The position numbers and the translations under genes are program-made. This document shows positions 1-8,014 of a stretch of 26,232 bases of DNA, one piece after another (within the stretch, counting starts at the first letter, position 1; each line of letters begins with the position of its first letter). Source of the DNA: a virus. Its lineage: Duplodnaviria; Caudoviricetes. Under the pieces are notes generated by a model that was not told where the DNA came from, searched no databases, and was given only the letters and a program-made list of their open reading frames with translations. Location: the IMG/VR virus record IMGVR_UViG_3300042402_005809, positions 1 through 26,232 of that record; one strand, given 5' to 3'.

Positions 1-2
1 GA

Positions 3-953
3 ACCACAATTGCACTCTTGGAAAAGGGTGCAAACATCATGTCGGCGATTCACAAGCGCATGCACTATGCACAAAAGCTTGAGTTCCGTTTATTGGCAGA
101 TGGTTTTGGTGAATCGTTGCCCGATGAGTATCCATATGATGTCCCAGGGGCTTCACGGAAGATTAAGCGCAGCGACTTTGACGGCAGCGTTGATGTAATT
201 CCTGTTGCTGATCCAAATATTTTCTCCACAGCGCAGCGTATTACGATGGCACAGACGCAGCTGCAGCTAGCGCAGTCTGCGCCTCAAATGCACAACCTGT
301 ATGAAGCCTATCGCCGCATTTATGAAGCGCTGGGTACAAAAAATATTGATGCTATTCTTAAACCACAAAACCCAGACTTGCCAAAAGATCCAGCAACGGA
401 AAATGGCGACGTTATGGACGGTGTCAAACTCAAAGCGTTCCCTGGACAGCAACACGATGCGCATATTGCAAGCCATCTCATGCAAGGTATCTCACCGTTG
501 TTGCAAGCCAACCCCTTGGCTGCCACTGAGCTGCAAAAACATATCCTTGAGCACTGCCGCTTGAAAGCGGAAGAGGATGTGGAAGCTGAGTTGTTCAAGG
601 CGTATGGTACGGATCCAGATGGCATGGTTTCGGATCTGCAAAAAGAAGGTATGGTTGCAATTAAGATTGTCGAGAACCTCCAGCAAGTTCGTGAGATTCA
701 AAATCAATTGCTTGGTGACCAGACTGATCCGCTAGTTGAACTGAAAAAACAGGAGTTACAGCAAAATGCCCAACGTGACCAGAACAAAGCGAACGAAGCG
801 AACGCCCGTCTCCAAATGGAGACAATGGATAAACAAAAGCAAGACCAAATTGATATGGATAAAATCCGTTCTAACGAAAAAATTGCAAATGATCGTATCA
901 TGGCTATGTTACAAAAAGGAGCCCAAAATGCCTCTCAAATCCGGAAGCAGTAG
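3..953 (+). CDS. Portal protein, C-terminal part (5'-truncated by window edge)
   Basis: Frame is open from position 3 (TTIALLEKGANIMSAIHKRMHYAQ...VDVIPVADPNIFSTAQR...AFPGQQHDAHI). Gln-rich coiled-coil C-terminus resembles P22-like portals, and it lies upstream of scaffold and capsid genes. Confidence 0.85.
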   Translation, partial: TTIALLEKGANIMSAIHKRMHYAQKLEFRLLADGFGESLPDEYPYDVPGASRKIKRSDFDGSVDVIPVADPNIFSTAQRITMAQTQLQLAQSAPQMHNLYEAYRRIYEALGTKNIDAILKPQNPDLPKDPATENGDVMDGVKLKAFPGQQHDAHIASHLMQGISPLLQANPLAATELQKHILEHCRLKAEEDVEAELFKAYGTDPDGMVSDLQKEGMVAIKIVENLQQVREIQNQLLGDQTDPLVELKKQELQQNAQRDQNKANEANARLQMETMDKQKQDQIDMDKIRSNEKIANDRIMAMLQKGAQNASQIRKQ

Positions 954-1245
954 AAAGACAGTCAGTGGGAATATTCAAGAGCTCGTTGATACATACCAGT
1001 CCAAGGGGCGTATCGGTACAAGTACTCCGAAGTCTAAAAAAGCTGCGGTCGAGCAGGCGGTGGCAATTAGCCTTAAAAAGGCGGGTGTCCAAAAGAAGGC
1101 TACGGGCGGCATGGCTAAAGCGAAAACTTCGGGTGATGCCAAGTCAGTTCGCAATGTTGAGGCGTCTCAGGCTAAAAAGATCCGAGCTCGGGGTGGAAAT
1201 GTTACCTACAAGAAAGACGGAAAATTACCCGTTGGAATTTATTAA
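928..1245 (+). CDS. Small Lys/Ala-rich basic phage protein (MPLKSGSSRKTVSGNI...)
   Basis: ATG at 928 is preceded by AGGAG (917-921). It is in frame with the track ORF 766..1245, whose upstream part lies inside the portal gene. Overlaps the portal end by 26 nt. Confidence 0.75.
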   Translation: MPLKSGSSRKTVSGNIQELVDTYQSKGRIGTSTPKSKKAAVEQAVAISLKKAGVQKKATGGMAKAKTSGDAKSVRNVEASQAKKIRARGGNVTYKKDGKLPVGIY

Positions 1246-1274
1246 TTGATTTTTTAAATAAGGCTGTGTATATT
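1246..1274 (+). promoter_or_regulatory. Putative sigma70-type promoter for head genes
   Basis: TTGATT (1246-1251), 17-nt spacer, TATATT (1269-1274) in an AT-rich intergenic gap. Confidence 0.5.
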
Positions 1275-1330
1275 CATAGCCACTAGCTATCAAGAGGGGC
1301 TAAAAGTCCTCTTGCAACATGGTAGGAACC

Positions 1331-1516
1331 ATGCTCAAGTTTACAGAGAACTTGCTTTACGAAATTCGCCGCTTACGGCAGGATGCGGAACAACTTGTTA
1401 TCTCGGGGTCCATTAAGAATATGGAACATTACCGCCAGATGATGGGTAGGCTTGAGGGCTACACATTTGTTGAGCAAATCGTCCAAGATATGCTCAAAAA
1501 AGGCGAGTATGACTAA
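1331..1516 (+). CDS. Small hypothetical phage protein upstream of GroES
   Basis: ATG at 1331 follows GGTAGGA. Helical 61-aa protein (…MEHYRQMMGRLEGY…). Confidence 0.7.
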   Translation: MLKFTENLLYEIRRLRQDAEQLVISGSIKNMEHYRQMMGRLEGYTFVEQIVQDMLKKGEYD

Positions 1517-1534
1517 CCCCAGAGGAGAAACTGC

Positions 1535-1987
1535 ATGGAAATGACCGCGCTTGAGCAAAAGTGGGCGGAAGAAAAGGCTGCAAGAGGGCCTGAGCTTGAT
1601 GATGCTTACAATGAAGATGGACAGCTAGATCCAGAAAAGCTGGAAGAAGCTGTATTAGATCGGATCCCCGTCCCAACAGGATGGCGGGTAGCGGTTCTAC
1701 CTTACAGAGGCACGACAAAATCTAAGGGCGGTATTATTTTTACCGAAGAGACCAAAAAACAAAACCAAGTAACCACCGTATGTGGCTATGTTTTGAAAAT
1801 CGGTCCTTTAGCCTATAAAGACGAGAGTAAATTCCCAACCGGGCCATGGTGCCAGGAGGGTGACTGGGTTGTATTTACCCGCTATGCGGGTTCTCGTATC
1901 GGGATTGATGAAGGTGAAATTCGTATTCTTAACGACGACGAAGTCATCGCTGTAATCAATAATCCCGAAGATATTTTGCACATGTAA
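1535..1987 (+). CDS. groES: GroES/Cpn10-like co-chaperonin with acidic N-terminal extension
   Basis: PTGWRVAV…TKSKGGII (mobile loop)…VLKIGP…GDWVVFTRYAG…IRILNDDEVIAVI matches the Cpn10 pattern. RBS AGGAG. Confidence 0.85.
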   Translation: MEMTALEQKWAEEKAARGPELDDAYNEDGQLDPEKLEEAVLDRIPVPTGWRVAVLPYRGTTKSKGGIIFTEETKKQNQVTTVCGYVLKIGPLAYKDESKFPTGPWCQEGDWVVFTRYAGSRIGIDEGEIRILNDDEVIAVINNPEDILHM

Positions 1988-1993
1988 GGAGGA

Positions 1994-2956
1994 ATGATGG
2001 GACAAGTAACCGAAAATCCGACATACGACATCGAAGTAGGTGCTGAAAATGCACCTGAGGTCCAAGTCGACATAGATGACGCCAGCGGCAAGGCAGAGAT
2101 TGTAGAAGACGCCCCTGCTGAAGAAAACAAGCCTGCGCTAGCAGAGCCTGTAGATAAAGAGCCTGCAAAGGCACAGGACGAGCAAGGCGAGGAGTTAAAA
2201 GAATACAGCGATACGGTTAAAAAGCGTATCGACAAGCTTACATCTAAGCTTCGGGAAGCCGAGAGACGCGAGCAAGCAGCCTTAGAATACGCTCGTGGCG
2301 TGCAAACCCAGGTTCAACAAGCCCAGAAAATGGCGGTTGAGTCGGACTTTGGACGCGTCACGGAGGCCAAAAGCCGTGTTGATACTCAAATGCTCACTAT
2401 CCGCCAAATCATTAAAAAGGCGCGGGAAGAGGGCGATATTGACACTGAAACCGAAGCCCAAGAGCGCTTGGCAGCGCTCGCAGTCGAGCAGCGTGAGCTG
2501 GCTAACCGCATAGAGCGCGGAGCAGAGCAGCCTGTTCAGCAACAAGTTTATACCCCACCCCCACAACCTGTTTACCAGCAGCCTCCGCAGCCAAGGGTCG
2601 ACCCCAAGGCAGAAGCCTGGGCAGAGGAAAACGAGTGGTTTGGGCAGGATACCGTCATGACATACGCTGCTTGGGGTATTGACAAGCAGCTTCGTGAGGT
2701 AGAAGGGTTTGACGGATCATCAGATGAGTATTATGATGAGTTAAATCGGCGAATTCGGACGCAGTTTCCCCAGAAGTTCGCTGCACAACCTAACAGGCAA
2801 CAACGGCAATCCGTGCAGGCCGTTGCTCCTGCAGCCCGGTCATCCGGAGTAAATACAAATGCACGCCGCAGCGTAAGACTGTCTCCTAGTCAGGTCGCTA
2901 TTGCTAAAAAACTTGGTGTTCCCCTCGAGGAATATGCCAAATACGTAAAGGAATGA
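1994..2956 (+). CDS. Putative capsid scaffolding protein
   Basis: Acidic N-terminus, long coiled coil (VKKRIDKLTSKLREAERREQAA), P/Q-rich linker and C-terminal helix LSPSQVAIAKKLGVPLEEYAKYV. Lies between portal and major capsid genes. RBS AAGGAGG. Confidence 0.7.
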   Translation: MMGQVTENPTYDIEVGAENAPEVQVDIDDASGKAEIVEDAPAEENKPALAEPVDKEPAKAQDEQGEELKEYSDTVKKRIDKLTSKLREAERREQAALEYARGVQTQVQQAQKMAVESDFGRVTEAKSRVDTQMLTIRQIIKKAREEGDIDTETEAQERLAALAVEQRELANRIERGAEQPVQQQVYTPPPQPVYQQPPQPRVDPKAEAWAEENEWFGQDTVMTYAAWGIDKQLREVEGFDGSSDEYYDELNRRIRTQFPQKFAAQPNRQQRQSVQAVAPAARSSGVNTNARRSVRLSPSQVAIAKKLGVPLEEYAKYVKE

Positions 2957-2960
2957 AACC

Positions 2961-3449
2961 ATGAACGATAAAGTGAAATTTGAACGCAGCACCCGTGCTA
3001 GTGAATCTAGAGAAAAGTCTGCGCGTCGTAAGCCATGGGCACCTCCTTCGAGATTGGACGCTCCTCCCGCACCTGAAGGTTTTAAGTATCGTTGGATTCG
3101 CTCTGAAATCCAGGGCTTTGAAGATAAGCAGAATGTGTACACGAAACTTCGTGAAGGCTATGAATTGGTTCGCCAAGAAGAGCTTCCAGAAGAATTTCAA
3201 GCTACTATGCCTGCTGTCGAAGAAGGCCGGAACAAAGGTGTCGTCGGTGTTGGCGGCCTCCTGTTAGCGAAGATCCCCGATGAAACCGTAGGTGAGCGTA
3301 ATGCTTACTATCGCCAGCGTGCAAGGGACCAGATCGAAGCAGTCGACAACAATATGATGAAAGAGAATGCGCATTCAACAATGCGTTTTCAGCAGCCAGA
3401 GCGTAACACTCGTGTTTCTTTTGGTGGCCCTAGCTCTAATAAAGAGTGA
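2961..3449 (+). CDS. Conserved hypothetical head-module protein
   Basis: 162-aa ORF tightly packed in the operon (WAPPSRLDAPPAPEGFKYRWIR…GGLLLAKIP). Function unknown. Confidence 0.75.
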   Translation: MNDKVKFERSTRASESREKSARRKPWAPPSRLDAPPAPEGFKYRWIRSEIQGFEDKQNVYTKLREGYELVRQEELPEEFQATMPAVEEGRNKGVVGVGGLLLAKIPDETVGERNAYYRQRARDQIEAVDNNMMKENAHSTMRFQQPERNTRVSFGGPSSNKE

Positions 3450-3481
3450 AGGCTAAATGAATTTAATTTTGGAGAAAACAA

Positions 3482-4078
3482 ATGGCAAACGTAAATAAAG
3501 CCTTTGGTCTTCGCCCTCTAGGAAAACTAGGCAGTAACTACAATAGCGATGGTGATACACAGTACAAAATCGCTTCTGGTACTGCTGCCGCTATTTTCCA
3601 AGGCGATACCGTAACCTTTGGCGTTAACGCTGGTGCTTCTACCGGTTTTATCGTCAAGCATGTACCTGGTGCAGCTAACATTCTTGGTGTTTTCCTTGGA
3701 TGTCAGTACACCGACCCTGTCAGCAAAAAGACTGTATGGCGTAATTTTTACCCAGGCAATATTGCTGCTGACGATATCGTTGCTTTCGTAGTGGACGATC
3801 CTTATGCACAGTTCCTAGTTCAAGCTTCTGGCATCGCTGGCGTAACAGCTATCGGCCAAAACGCTGACCTAGTTCAAACTGTAGCAGGCAATGTAACCAC
3901 AGGCGTTTCTGGGTTAGAGTTAGCCACTGGTTCTTTAGCAGCCGCTGAAGCACTAAACGTTAAAGTTATTGGCGTAACTACCGATCCAAGCAACAGTGAC
4001 TTAACCGCTGCTTATGCAGATTTGATTGTTACAATCAATGAGCATTTGTATAAAGCACCTACTGCAGGAGTTGCATAA
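3482..4078 (+). CDS. Putative capsid decoration/minor head protein
   Basis: Beta-rich, Gly/Ala-rich 198-aa protein with RBS GGAG. TAATG overlap with the major capsid gene. Confidence 0.65.
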   Translation: MANVNKAFGLRPLGKLGSNYNSDGDTQYKIASGTAAAIFQGDTVTFGVNAGASTGFIVKHVPGAANILGVFLGCQYTDPVSKKTVWRNFYPGNIAADDIVAFVVDDPYAQFLVQASGIAGVTAIGQNADLVQTVAGNVTTGVSGLELATGSLAAAEALNVKVIGVTTDPSNSDLTAAYADLIVTINEHLYKAPTAGVA

Positions 4079-4989
4079 TGGCTATCACACGTTCACAACT
4101 AGTTAAAGAACTAGAACCAGGCCTCAACGCTTTATTCGGTATGGAATATAAGCGTTACGAAAACGAACACGAAGATATCTTTGAAATTGAAGATTCTGAG
4201 CGTGCGTTTGAAGAAGAAGTTATGTTGACCGGCTTCGGTCAAGCCCCCGTTAAGGCTGAGGGCGCTGGCGTTAACTATGATTCTGCACAAGAGTCATTTA
4301 CCGCTCGCTACACCCACCAGACTATCGCATTGGCATTCTCGATTACCGAAGAGGCAATCGAGGACAACCTCTACGACCGTTTGGCAAGCCGTTACACAAA
4401 GGCTTTGGCTCGTTCCATGGCTCATACCAAGCAAGTATTTGGCGCATCTGTGTTGAACAACGCATTTGACGCTAACTACAAAGGTGGCGACGGCGTACAG
4501 TTGTGCGCAACAAACCACCCAACAGCTTTGGGTCCAAACTTCAGCAACCGTCCTACGGTTCCTGCTGACTTGAATGAGACCTCACTTGAGCAAGGTATCA
4601 TCGACATCGCTGGTTTCACAGACGAGCGTGGTTTGAAGATCGCCTTGATTGCTAAGAAGTTGGTAGTTCCAAAAGAACTCCAGTTCACAGCAGAGCGTTT
4701 AATGAAGTCTACTCTCCGTACTGCTACGGCTGATAACGACATCAACGCAATCAAGTCTATGGGTCTAATTCCTGATGGCTTCGTTGTTAACCATTACCTC
4801 ACCGACGTATCGGCATGGTTCTTGTTAACCGACGCTCCAAACGGACTCAAGATGTTCCAACGTGCCCCAATCCGCACAGCTTTCGAAGGCGACTTCGACA
4901 CAGGCAACGTGCGTTACAAGGCTCGTGAGCGTTACAGCTTCGGCTGGTCTGATCCACGTGGTATCTACGGATCGCCTGGCGCAGCTTAA
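4078..4989 (+). CDS. Major capsid protein (HK97 fold expected)
   Basis: MAITRSQLVKELEPGLNALFG…YKARERYSFGWSDPRGIYGSPGA, 303 aa. Codon usage looks typical of high expression, and a strong terminator follows. Confidence 0.9.
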   Translation: MAITRSQLVKELEPGLNALFGMEYKRYENEHEDIFEIEDSERAFEEEVMLTGFGQAPVKAEGAGVNYDSAQESFTARYTHQTIALAFSITEEAIEDNLYDRLASRYTKALARSMAHTKQVFGASVLNNAFDANYKGGDGVQLCATNHPTALGPNFSNRPTVPADLNETSLEQGIIDIAGFTDERGLKIALIAKKLVVPKELQFTAERLMKSTLRTATADNDINAIKSMGLIPDGFVVNHYLTDVSAWFLLTDAPNGLKMFQRAPIRTAFEGDFDTGNVRYKARERYSFGWSDPRGIYGSPGAA

Positions 4990-5006
4990 ACCTTCGTCAC
5001 GTGAGG

Positions 5007-5393
5007 TTAGGCCCCACTTCGGTGGGGCTTTTTCTTTTTGCGTTTTAGCGCTAGTTCATTAAAGTGAAGGATTCGGTGGCAGTTGGCGCACAAGACTATG
5101 CACTTCTTAACTTCTTCCATCGCCCGCCCATACTGGTGGTTTTTAATGTAGTAACTGACTTCCCTATCTTTTTGCTGGGGGTCTTCGTGGTGAAAGTCCA
5201 ACGCTGCAGGGTGATTCTCTCCACAAAACTTACACCCCAGGCTAGACTTAAATTCCAGCCATTTCTTCTTATTCTTTTGTTTGTTGTTGCGAGTAGTTTT
5301 TAAAACTTTTTCTTTATTGTTGGCGTAATGCTTGGCAGAGCCTTTACGCAACGCCTGCCTTCTTCTTGGATCGTTTGGATCTTTGTATGGCAT
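5007..5393 (-). CDS. HNH endonuclease
   Basis: CKFCG…ALDFHH…KCIVLCANCHRILH zinc/HNH signature with a basic N-terminus. Confidence 0.85.
   Translation of the reverse strand: MPYKDPNDPRRRQALRKGSAKHYANNKEKVLKTTRNNKQKNKKKWLEFKSSLGCKFCGENHPAALDFHHEDPQQKDREVSYYIKNHQYGRAMEEVKKCIVLCANCHRILHFNELALKRKKKKPHRSGA
5011..5039 (+). terminator. Rho-independent terminator after major capsid gene
   Basis: GCCCCAC-TTCG-GTGGGGC hairpin (C-UUCG-G tetraloop) followed by TTTTTCTTTTT. Confidence 0.9.
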
Positions 5394-5829
5394 TGGCTTG
5401 ATCTACCTTGTACTTCCAGTAAATCGCGTTTTTAAACGACCAGGGCGCGCTCGGAGTGTATATCTTAAAACCAGCATTTATTAGTGAATTTGAAGACGCA
5501 GGGTTATCGGTTGTATCCGTAATTAGCCAGTTCCAGCCTAATGCTTTTGCCTTGCGAATTCTTACATTAATTAAACGTTTTTGCAAACCGTGTCCAGTGT
5601 AGTCATCTAAGACCCCTGCGCGACAAAGGTATCCCGTATCAGTAAAACGCTTAGACCGTACAAGTCCAGCAAATGCAACAGGCTTCCCTTCTTCTGTGTA
5701 TGCTAACCACCAGTGGCCGTGATCCGGTTTGTAAACAGTATCGGAGGGAAGTATTTTTTTCTGAAGATATACGATCACGGTCTTATTGGACTCGTTACGC
5801 AAATCAACCTTCTTGAGAATGAATTTCAT
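5344..5829 (-). CDS. GNAT-family N-acetyltransferase
   Basis: GYLCRAGVLDDYTGHGLQKRLI (acetyl-CoA binding motif A) and NPASSNSLINAGF (motif B). RBS GGAGG on the minus strand. Confidence 0.85.
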   Translation of the reverse strand: MKFILKKVDLRNESNKTVIVYLQKKILPSDTVYKPDHGHWWLAYTEEGKPVAFAGLVRSKRFTDTGYLCRAGVLDDYTGHGLQKRLINVRIRKAKALGWNWLITDTTDNPASSNSLINAGFKIYTPSAPWSFKNAIYWKYKVDQANAIQRSKRSKKKAGVA

Positions 5830-5871
5830 TTGGAACCTCCGGGGGGATAACCCATTTTATCTAAAAAAGTA

Positions 5872-5900
5872 TTGCACACAAATGAAAATAGCGGTATAAA
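5872..5900 (+). promoter_or_regulatory. Putative sigma70-type promoter restarting + strand transcription
   Basis: TTGCAC (5872-5877), 17-nt spacer, TATAAA (5895-5900). Predicted +1 near 5907. Confidence 0.65.
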
Positions 5901-5905
5901 TACAC

Positions 5906-5990
5906 CAGGAACTGGGATAATTAGTTCCTGTAGACTGGCCCAGCAGACGATGCAGAGACTACAGGAAAATGTACTGCATATACAAGGAGT
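5906..5990 (+). ncRNA. Candidate structured cis-regulatory leader RNA
   Basis: Four complementary pairs within 75 nt: 5906-5913/5923-5930, 5925-5933/5959-5967, 5912-5916/5939-5943 and 5950-5955/5974-5979. Directly upstream of RBS AAGGAG (5984-5989). Confidence 0.55.
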
Positions 5991-5995
5991 TACAA

Positions 5996-6508
5996 ATGGC
6001 ACGTACCACCTTTACTGGCCCAGTCCGGTCACTCAATGGTTTCGAGGGTGTATTCTCCTCGACTTCTGTTCAACTTCAAAGCGACAATGCTAATACTATT
6101 ACCATTGACGCTCCTAATGCCTTAGCTGCAAGCTATACGTTAGTTTTCCCGCCAAATGATGGTGCAGCTGGTCAAGTCTTGACTACTGACGGCAGCGGCG
6201 TAACCAGCTGGACATCTAACGGTTCCGGCACGGTTACTTCTGTTGGGGGCGCAGGCACTGTTAACGGTTTAACGTTGACTGGCACTGTTACAGGCACTGG
6301 TGATTTAACTCTTGGCGGTAATTTTTCTCTTTTCCAAGAACCCGCTGCTAATTTGGCTATTATTGGAAACGCAATTAACACCACCGGTAAATACACAGGG
6401 AAAATGATCGTAGATACTGCTACCGGCTTGATTTTCACCGCTACTGGATCCGCTGCTTCTGCTGTGTGGCGTGCTTCAGACGGCACCACTGTTGCTACCC
6501 CTGTTTAA
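5996..6508 (+). CDS. Virion structural protein with fibre-like segment
   Basis: ATG at 5996 follows AAGGAG (MARTTFTGPVRSLNGF). Internal GQVLTTDGSGVTSW…GTVTSV segment is typical of phage fibre shafts. Confidence 0.7.
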   Translation: MARTTFTGPVRSLNGFEGVFSSTSVQLQSDNANTITIDAPNALAASYTLVFPPNDGAAGQVLTTDGSGVTSWTSNGSGTVTSVGGAGTVNGLTLTGTVTGTGDLTLGGNFSLFQEPAANLAIIGNAINTTGKYTGKMIVDTATGLIFTATGSAASAVWRASDGTTVATPV

Positions 6509-6518
6509 TTAATCTTAC

Positions 6519-6532
6519 GGGGCTTCGGCCCC
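6519..6532 (+). other. UUCG-tetraloop hairpin (mRNA stability/processing element or weak terminator)
   Basis: GGGGC-TTCG-GCCCC in an intergenic gap, with no following T-run. Confidence 0.6.
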
Positions 6533-6553
6533 AATTACTAAAGGAGATTAATT

Positions 6554-6838
6554 ATGCTTCAGTATGACGTTAAATCAACCGCTATTGCAGCGGCACAAAC
6601 TGACGCCCCTGTATTTGCTGGCCCTGCTCGTATCAAAGGCATGTTAGTTGGTGTACCAGAAGCGGGTGGCACCCTAACCCTTAAAAACGGTGCCGGTGGC
6701 ACCACAGCATTTGCATTTACTGCGCCAGCTGCTGCTCAATCCCTAAACGTAAGCATTCCTGCCGACGGTATTCGTTGCGAAAACGGTATTTATGCAACAA
6801 CTCCTGCCGGTATGACGGTTACGGTGTTTTATGGCTAA
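6554..6838 (+). CDS. Small beta-rich putative virion protein
   Basis: RBS AAAGGAG. 94 aa ending …GIRCENGIY…VTVFYG. Confidence 0.7.
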   Translation: MLQYDVKSTAIAAAQTDAPVFAGPARIKGMLVGVPEAGGTLTLKNGAGGTTAFAFTAPAAAQSLNVSIPADGIRCENGIYATTPAGMTVTVFYG

Positions 6839-7091
6839 AAATCCTTCCTTAGCCGTGGGCCGTGGAGAAAAGCTCTCTGTAAAAGAGGGGGCAGGCCTCA
6901 CTGCGAAAGGAAGAGCCAAATACAATAAAGCTACTGGAAGTAAGCTGAAAGCCCCTGCTCCAAATCCAAAAACTAAAGCAGATGCAGGTCGTAAAAAGTC
7001 CTTTTGCGCCAGAATGTCGGGAGTAGTAGCTAAAGCTAAAGGCCCCGCAGAGCGTGCAAAAGCCTCATTAAAACGGTGGAACTGCTCATAA
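6831..7091 (+). CDS. Small basic phage protein (resembles DUF6321-type proteins)
   Basis: GAGLTAKGRAKYN…GSKLKAP…RKKSFCARMSG…SLKRWNC pattern. Overlaps the previous gene. Confidence 0.7.
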   Translation: MAKNPSLAVGRGEKLSVKEGAGLTAKGRAKYNKATGSKLKAPAPNPKTKADAGRKKSFCARMSGVVAKAKGPAERAKASLKRWNCS

Positions 7092-7327
7092 TGGAAAATA
7101 TTGAAACAGCTCGCGAGCTAGCGACTCACGCCAACGATATAAAGCATTTGCAAGCGGATATGGATAAGATGGTTCAGGACATGGAAGAGATTAAGAAATC
7201 CATCCAGAGTATTCAAAAGACCTTGTCAGAAGCCAAAGGCGGATGGAAAGCATTAATTTGGGCTGGTGGCGCTGTCAGCGCTGTCACTGGTGTGGTAGGA
7301 TTTATTATGGGTCATTGGGGTAAGTAA
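7091..7327 (+). CDS. Coiled-coil protein with C-terminal transmembrane helix
   Basis: TAATG overlap gives a start at 7091. Heptad region followed by hydrophobic WKALIWAGGAVSAVTGVVGFIMG. Confidence 0.7.
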   Translation: MENIETARELATHANDIKHLQADMDKMVQDMEEIKKSIQSIQKTLSEAKGGWKALIWAGGAVSAVTGVVGFIMGHWGK

Positions 7328-7674
7328 TGATTAGGCGCGTGTCTCCTACTTCGTCTGTCCCAGCAACTCCAGCTAAGCAAAACCCTAATGCCCAGGATCG
7401 AGTTAGCAAAAAGCCTGTTGATCCAGGGTTTAAAGAAGTTTTAGAAAAAGTTCGCGGTGGAAAAAGCAGCCAAGATTTGCCGGATAATTACAAAACAGGG
7501 GGAAAAGTAGTGGCGACAAAACCAGGCTTATACGCTAATATTCACGCTAAGCGTAAGCGCATCGCAGCAGGCTCTGGCGAGAAGATGAGACCCGTTGGGG
7601 CAAAAGGTGCGCCTACAAAACAGGCGTTTGTAAATTCGGCTAAAACAGCCAAACGTTCAGCGAGAGGAAGATAA
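7327..7674 (+). CDS. Basic hypothetical protein (possible internal start at 7510)
   Basis: TAATG-coupled start. C-terminal half reads KPGLYANIHAKRKRIAAGSGEKMR…SAKTAK. Confidence 0.65.
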   Translation: MIRRVSPTSSVPATPAKQNPNAQDRVSKKPVDPGFKEVLEKVRGGKSSQDLPDNYKTGGKVVATKPGLYANIHAKRKRIAAGSGEKMRPVGAKGAPTKQAFVNSAKTAKRSARGR

Positions 7675-8004
7675 ATGGACTACAGCATGAAAAACACAAA
7701 TCGCCATAAGCTAATGGCTATGGGCAAACCGATCAAAGCCGCTAAAGGAGGCGAAATGAAAAAATCCGCAACCAAAACTACTTCTAGTGCAAAAGCAGAT
7801 CGTCAGGGTCGCGCACTAATGGCAGGTAAGATGGCTAAAAACCTTCCAATGATTGCACCCCAATCCGCTTATAAAAAAGGTGGAGATGTAAAAGCCTCTG
7901 CTTATGACAAGAAGCAAGACAAGAAAATTGCAGCGCATGCTGCAAAACCCGCATCGGTCGCCCACAAGAAGTATGGTGGCATGGCTAAACGTAGTTGCAA
8001 ATAA
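7675..8004 (+). CDS. Lys/Ala-rich low-complexity protein with xxGG repeats
   Basis: RBS GAGG. Contains AAKGGEM, YKKGGDV and KKYGGMA. Confidence 0.65.
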   Translation: MDYSMKNTNRHKLMAMGKPIKAAKGGEMKKSATKTTSSAKADRQGRALMAGKMAKNLPMIAPQSAYKKGGDVKASAYDKKQDKKIAAHAAKPASVAHKKYGGMAKRSCK

Positions 8005-8014
8005 GGAGCAAAAA

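Noticed and set aside
766-927. Upstream extension of ORF 766..1245
   Set aside because: It lies inside the portal gene. The RBS supports the start at 928.
4975-5010. Programmed frameshift/readthrough extension of the major capsid protein
   Set aside because: No slippery heptamer is visible before the TAA, and a terminator follows within about 20 nt.
5064-5303. + strand ORF opposite the HNH gene
   Set aside because: It is downstream of a strong terminator, has no motif, and is antisense to a clear HNH gene.
5872-6093. 73-aa track ORF and the 5969 start of the next gene
   Set aside because: The ORF begins in the -35 box with no RBS and overlaps the leader. AAGGAG supports ATG 5996.
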